48,502 nt of DNA from Clostridiales bacterium. GTDB taxonomy: Bacteria; Bacillota; Clostridia; Lachnospirales; WQUN01. The notes under the pieces were generated by a model. The model was not told the DNA's origin and did no database searches. It saw only the letters and a program-made list of their open reading frames with translations. Shown here piece after piece: positions 46,783 through 48,502 of the stretch. Numbering within the stretch: position 1 is the stretch's first letter; each line of letters opens with the position of its first letter. Where the stretch lies: contig JAITDJ010000092.1 in the NCBI GenBank assembly GCA_031282635.1, positions 1 through 48,502 of the forward strand. Direction: 5' to 3'. A program made the position numbers and the translations under genes.

Positions 46783-47341
46783 AACTCACACTCCCTTTTT
46801 CGCTCAAGTTCAGCAAACTCTCTTTCAGCATACGCCTGCCTCGGAAGATACGATTTTTGACCTTAGACAGCGGCTCGTTTATTATCTCCGATATCTCCTG
46901 ATAGCTGAGCCCTTGCTCATGATACAGCACTATGGGTATTTTATACATATCGGGCAGATCCTCCACTATCTTTTTCAGTTCCGCTTTCCGCTCGCGGCGT
47001 ATGTAAGCGCCTTCCGGCGATTCTTCCGAGCTGAGGCTGAATTCCAAATCCTCTATCGGCGCTGTCTCCGGTTTCTTTTTGCGCCGATAATCGATAACGT
47101 GGTTCGTAGCAATCCGTATAACCCATGTGCTGAATTTATATTCCGGATAATACTTATCCAGATTTTTGTACATCTTGATGAATACGTCCTGCGCCAGATC
47201 ATTCGCTTCTTCGCGATCGTTCACCATACGCAGGATCACCGAATAAACCAGGTTTTTATAACGCTTGACTAATTCGGCAAATATGTCGCGGTCTCCCGCG
47301 AGACACGCCTGAATTACTTCATAATCAGTGTAAGCGGACAT
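46772..47341 (-). CDS. ECF-type RNA polymerase sigma-70 family factor
   Basis: Region 2 'DLAQDVFIKMYKNLDKY...FSTWVIRIATNHVIDYRR'. Region 4 'LSYQEISEIINEPLSKVKNRIFRGRRML'. Confidence 0.9.
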   Translation of the reverse strand: MSAYTDYEVIQACLAGDRDIFAELVKRYKNLVYSVILRMVNDREEANDLAQDVFIKMYKNLDKYYPEYKFSTWVIRIATNHVIDYRRKKKPETAPIEDLEFSLSSEESPEGAYIRRERKAELKKIVEDLPDMYKIPIVLYHEQGLSYQEISEIINEPLSKVKNRIFRGRRMLKESLLNLSEKGSVSYGL

Positions 47342-47356
47342 GCCCCAACTCCCACA

Positions 47357-47386
47357 GTTATCTGATATTCTGTTATCTGATATTCT
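47357..47386. repeat. Perfect 2 x 15-bp tandem repeat (gttatctgatattct) in the sigma-factor 5' leader
   Basis: Read directly; lies 16 nt upstream (minus-strand sense) of the sigma start codon. Confidence 0.9.
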
Positions 47387-47432
47387 GTTTGATCCTCTTA
47401 TAAAACATACGCTTCTTTATTTATGTTGTCTG

Positions 47433-48356
47433 TTATTCTTTCCGGTAATTTATTGTTGCGGTCATCCTGTCTTTTCCGACGCGCGAATTGGGGAATACAG
47501 CCTTGGCGGCGTCTATATAGTTTTCGGGATTTGTCATCGCGGGGCTGAAATGCGTCAGCCACAACTCGTTAACGCCGCCGGCCTTGGCAATAGCCGCGGC
47601 CTCCTGAAAAATCATGTGTTTGTGGGCCGCCGTTTTAGCCAGCGCGTCCGCGTCCCCGTGCAAGCCCTCGCATATAAACAGATCACTGCCTTTCACGAAA
47701 TTCGCTAATCCCTTTACTGGCCGCGTGTCCGTACAATACGCCGCCTTAATAGGCGTTCGAGGGGGCCCTAAAACCATTTCAGGCGTATATGCGAAGCCGT
47801 CCAGAACAACCGTTTCATATTTTTGCAGCCGGTTCCAAGCTTTCATCGGCACCTTATTGAGATGGGCCTTCTCGGTGTCGAAACGCCCGGCGCGTTTAAA
47901 CTCAAACGCGTACGCGAAGCATGGAATACGGTGATCCACCGGCAGCGCCGCTATATGAAAATCGCCCAGTGTTAAACATCGCGGCGGTGATCCGCGTTCA
48001 AACGGCAGTTCAACAATATTTACCTCAAATGGCAATTCCTGAGCGATAACGCATAAGCTGCGCGCCACGACGCCCATGCCAGGCGGGCCGACTAACGTCA
48101 GCGGCTCTTCGCGTCCCGAATTGCCCACAGTTAAAAGCAGGCCCGGCAGGCCCGCGATGTGATCCGCGTGAAAATGCGTAAAACAAATGGCGTCCAGATT
48201 CTTATATCCCCAGCCTAACAGCTTCAGGGTGATTTGCGTGCCTTCCCCGCAATCCACCATAACCAATCTGCCGTCAAACCTCAGCAGCAAAGAAGTAAGA
48301 AAACGCCAAGGCAGCGGCATCATGCCGCCTGTACCCAGAAGCGCGGCGTCCAGCAT
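47433..48356 (-). CDS. rnz: Ribonuclease Z (MBL-fold tRNA 3' endonuclease)
   Basis: 'LLGTGGMMP', 'VDCGEGTQ', 'FTHFHADHIAGLPGLLL'. Met-18 of the open frame (48356) matches the usual RNase Z N-terminus. Confidence 0.85.
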   Translation of the reverse strand: MLDAALLGTGGMMPLPWRFLTSLLLRFDGRLVMVDCGEGTQITLKLLGWGYKNLDAICFTHFHADHIAGLPGLLLTVGNSGREEPLTLVGPPGMGVVARSLCVIAQELPFEVNIVELPFERGSPPRCLTLGDFHIAALPVDHRIPCFAYAFEFKRAGRFDTEKAHLNKVPMKAWNRLQKYETVVLDGFAYTPEMVLGPPRTPIKAAYCTDTRPVKGLANFVKGSDLFICEGLHGDADALAKTAAHKHMIFQEAAAIAKAGGVNELWLTHFSPAMTNPENYIDAAKAVFPNSRVGKDRMTATINYRKE

Positions 48357-48414
48357 TAAAATCGCCCCCGTATGGAAGAAAAGTAACAAAAAATGGATAG
48401 ACGGCATAAAGAAC

Positions 48415-48502
48415 TATTGAATAACCTGACCGCCCCATTCAATAACAGAAAAACCTTGTCTGATGAAAGGCGTCAAAGACTGCGGGCTGATATCCATAGG
48501 CT
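48415..48502 (-). CDS. 3' end of an unidentified CDS running off the window
   Basis: Open frame ...PMDISPQSLTPFIRQGFSVIEWGGQVIQ* ends at TAG 48415-48417. It is too short to assign. Confidence 0.3.

Noticed and set aside
47340-47708. A 122-aa plus-strand ORF covering the sigma-rnz intergenic region and the rnz 3' end.
   Set aside because: It is antisense to rnz, begins inside the sigma gene's start region, and has no motif or RBS.

Overview
This is a chromosomal window from a Firmicutes/Clostridia-type bacterium. The assignment rests on the rplU-prp-rpmA-obg arrangement with an L27 N-terminal propeptide, GGAGG-type ribosome-binding sites, and frequent GTG/TTG starts and ATGA/GTGA stop-start overlaps. 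I recognised no rRNA, tRNA, CRISPR array, transposase, integrase or prophage gene. All family calls come from motifs read by eye in the ORF translations; no searches were run.

The window has six blocks:
1. 1-13.8 kb: a cell-surface phospho-glycopolymer (teichoic-acid/capsule-like) locus. It holds a GT32-like glycosyltransferase, two GT2 glycosyltransferases, two LicD-family transferases, two TagD-type cytidylyltransferases (one fused to a Gfo/Idh/MocA oxidoreductase), a TagF-like protein with a beta-propeller-like tail, a GDPD, a metallophosphoesterase, and a methyltransferase/kinase-like multidomain protein.
2. 13.9-21 kb: housekeeping genes (trmK, a Nif3-family gene, a TGS-nucleoside kinase, a metallophosphoesterase, an FAH-family hydrolase, rplU-prp-rpmA-obg).
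3. 21-27.6 kb: miscellaneous genes (a secreted unknown protein, an AKR-ferredoxin fusion, a transglutaminase-like protein, a two-domain PPK2, a DUF402 protein, radC, a PspC-domain protein).
4. 27.8-35.7 kb: two paralogous LplBCA-type sugar ABC importer sets separated by a 650-bp repeat-rich spacer.
5. 35.8-42.9 kb: a tightly coupled nine-gene operon. An amidohydrolase and a SelA-like PLP enzyme are followed by the periodic array RidA-SDR-SDR-RidA-SDR-SDR-RidA.
6. 42.9-48.4 kb, minus strand: ECF sigma, ZAS anti-sigma, membrane protein, tsaD, PAS-GGDEF(GGDDF) and nanE in one apparent operon, preceded by rnz.

The best candidate for an undescribed system is the RidA/SDR array in block 5. Two of its four SDR paralogues lack catalytic residues and a third lacks the cofactor glycine motif. 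Secondary leads:
- A ~90-aa Rossmann-like module is fused to five different enzymes of the glycopolymer locus.
- A TagD-oxidoreductase fusion.
- A GT32 gene interrupted by an in-frame TAG.
- A window-wide pattern of 14-17 bp tandem microduplications.
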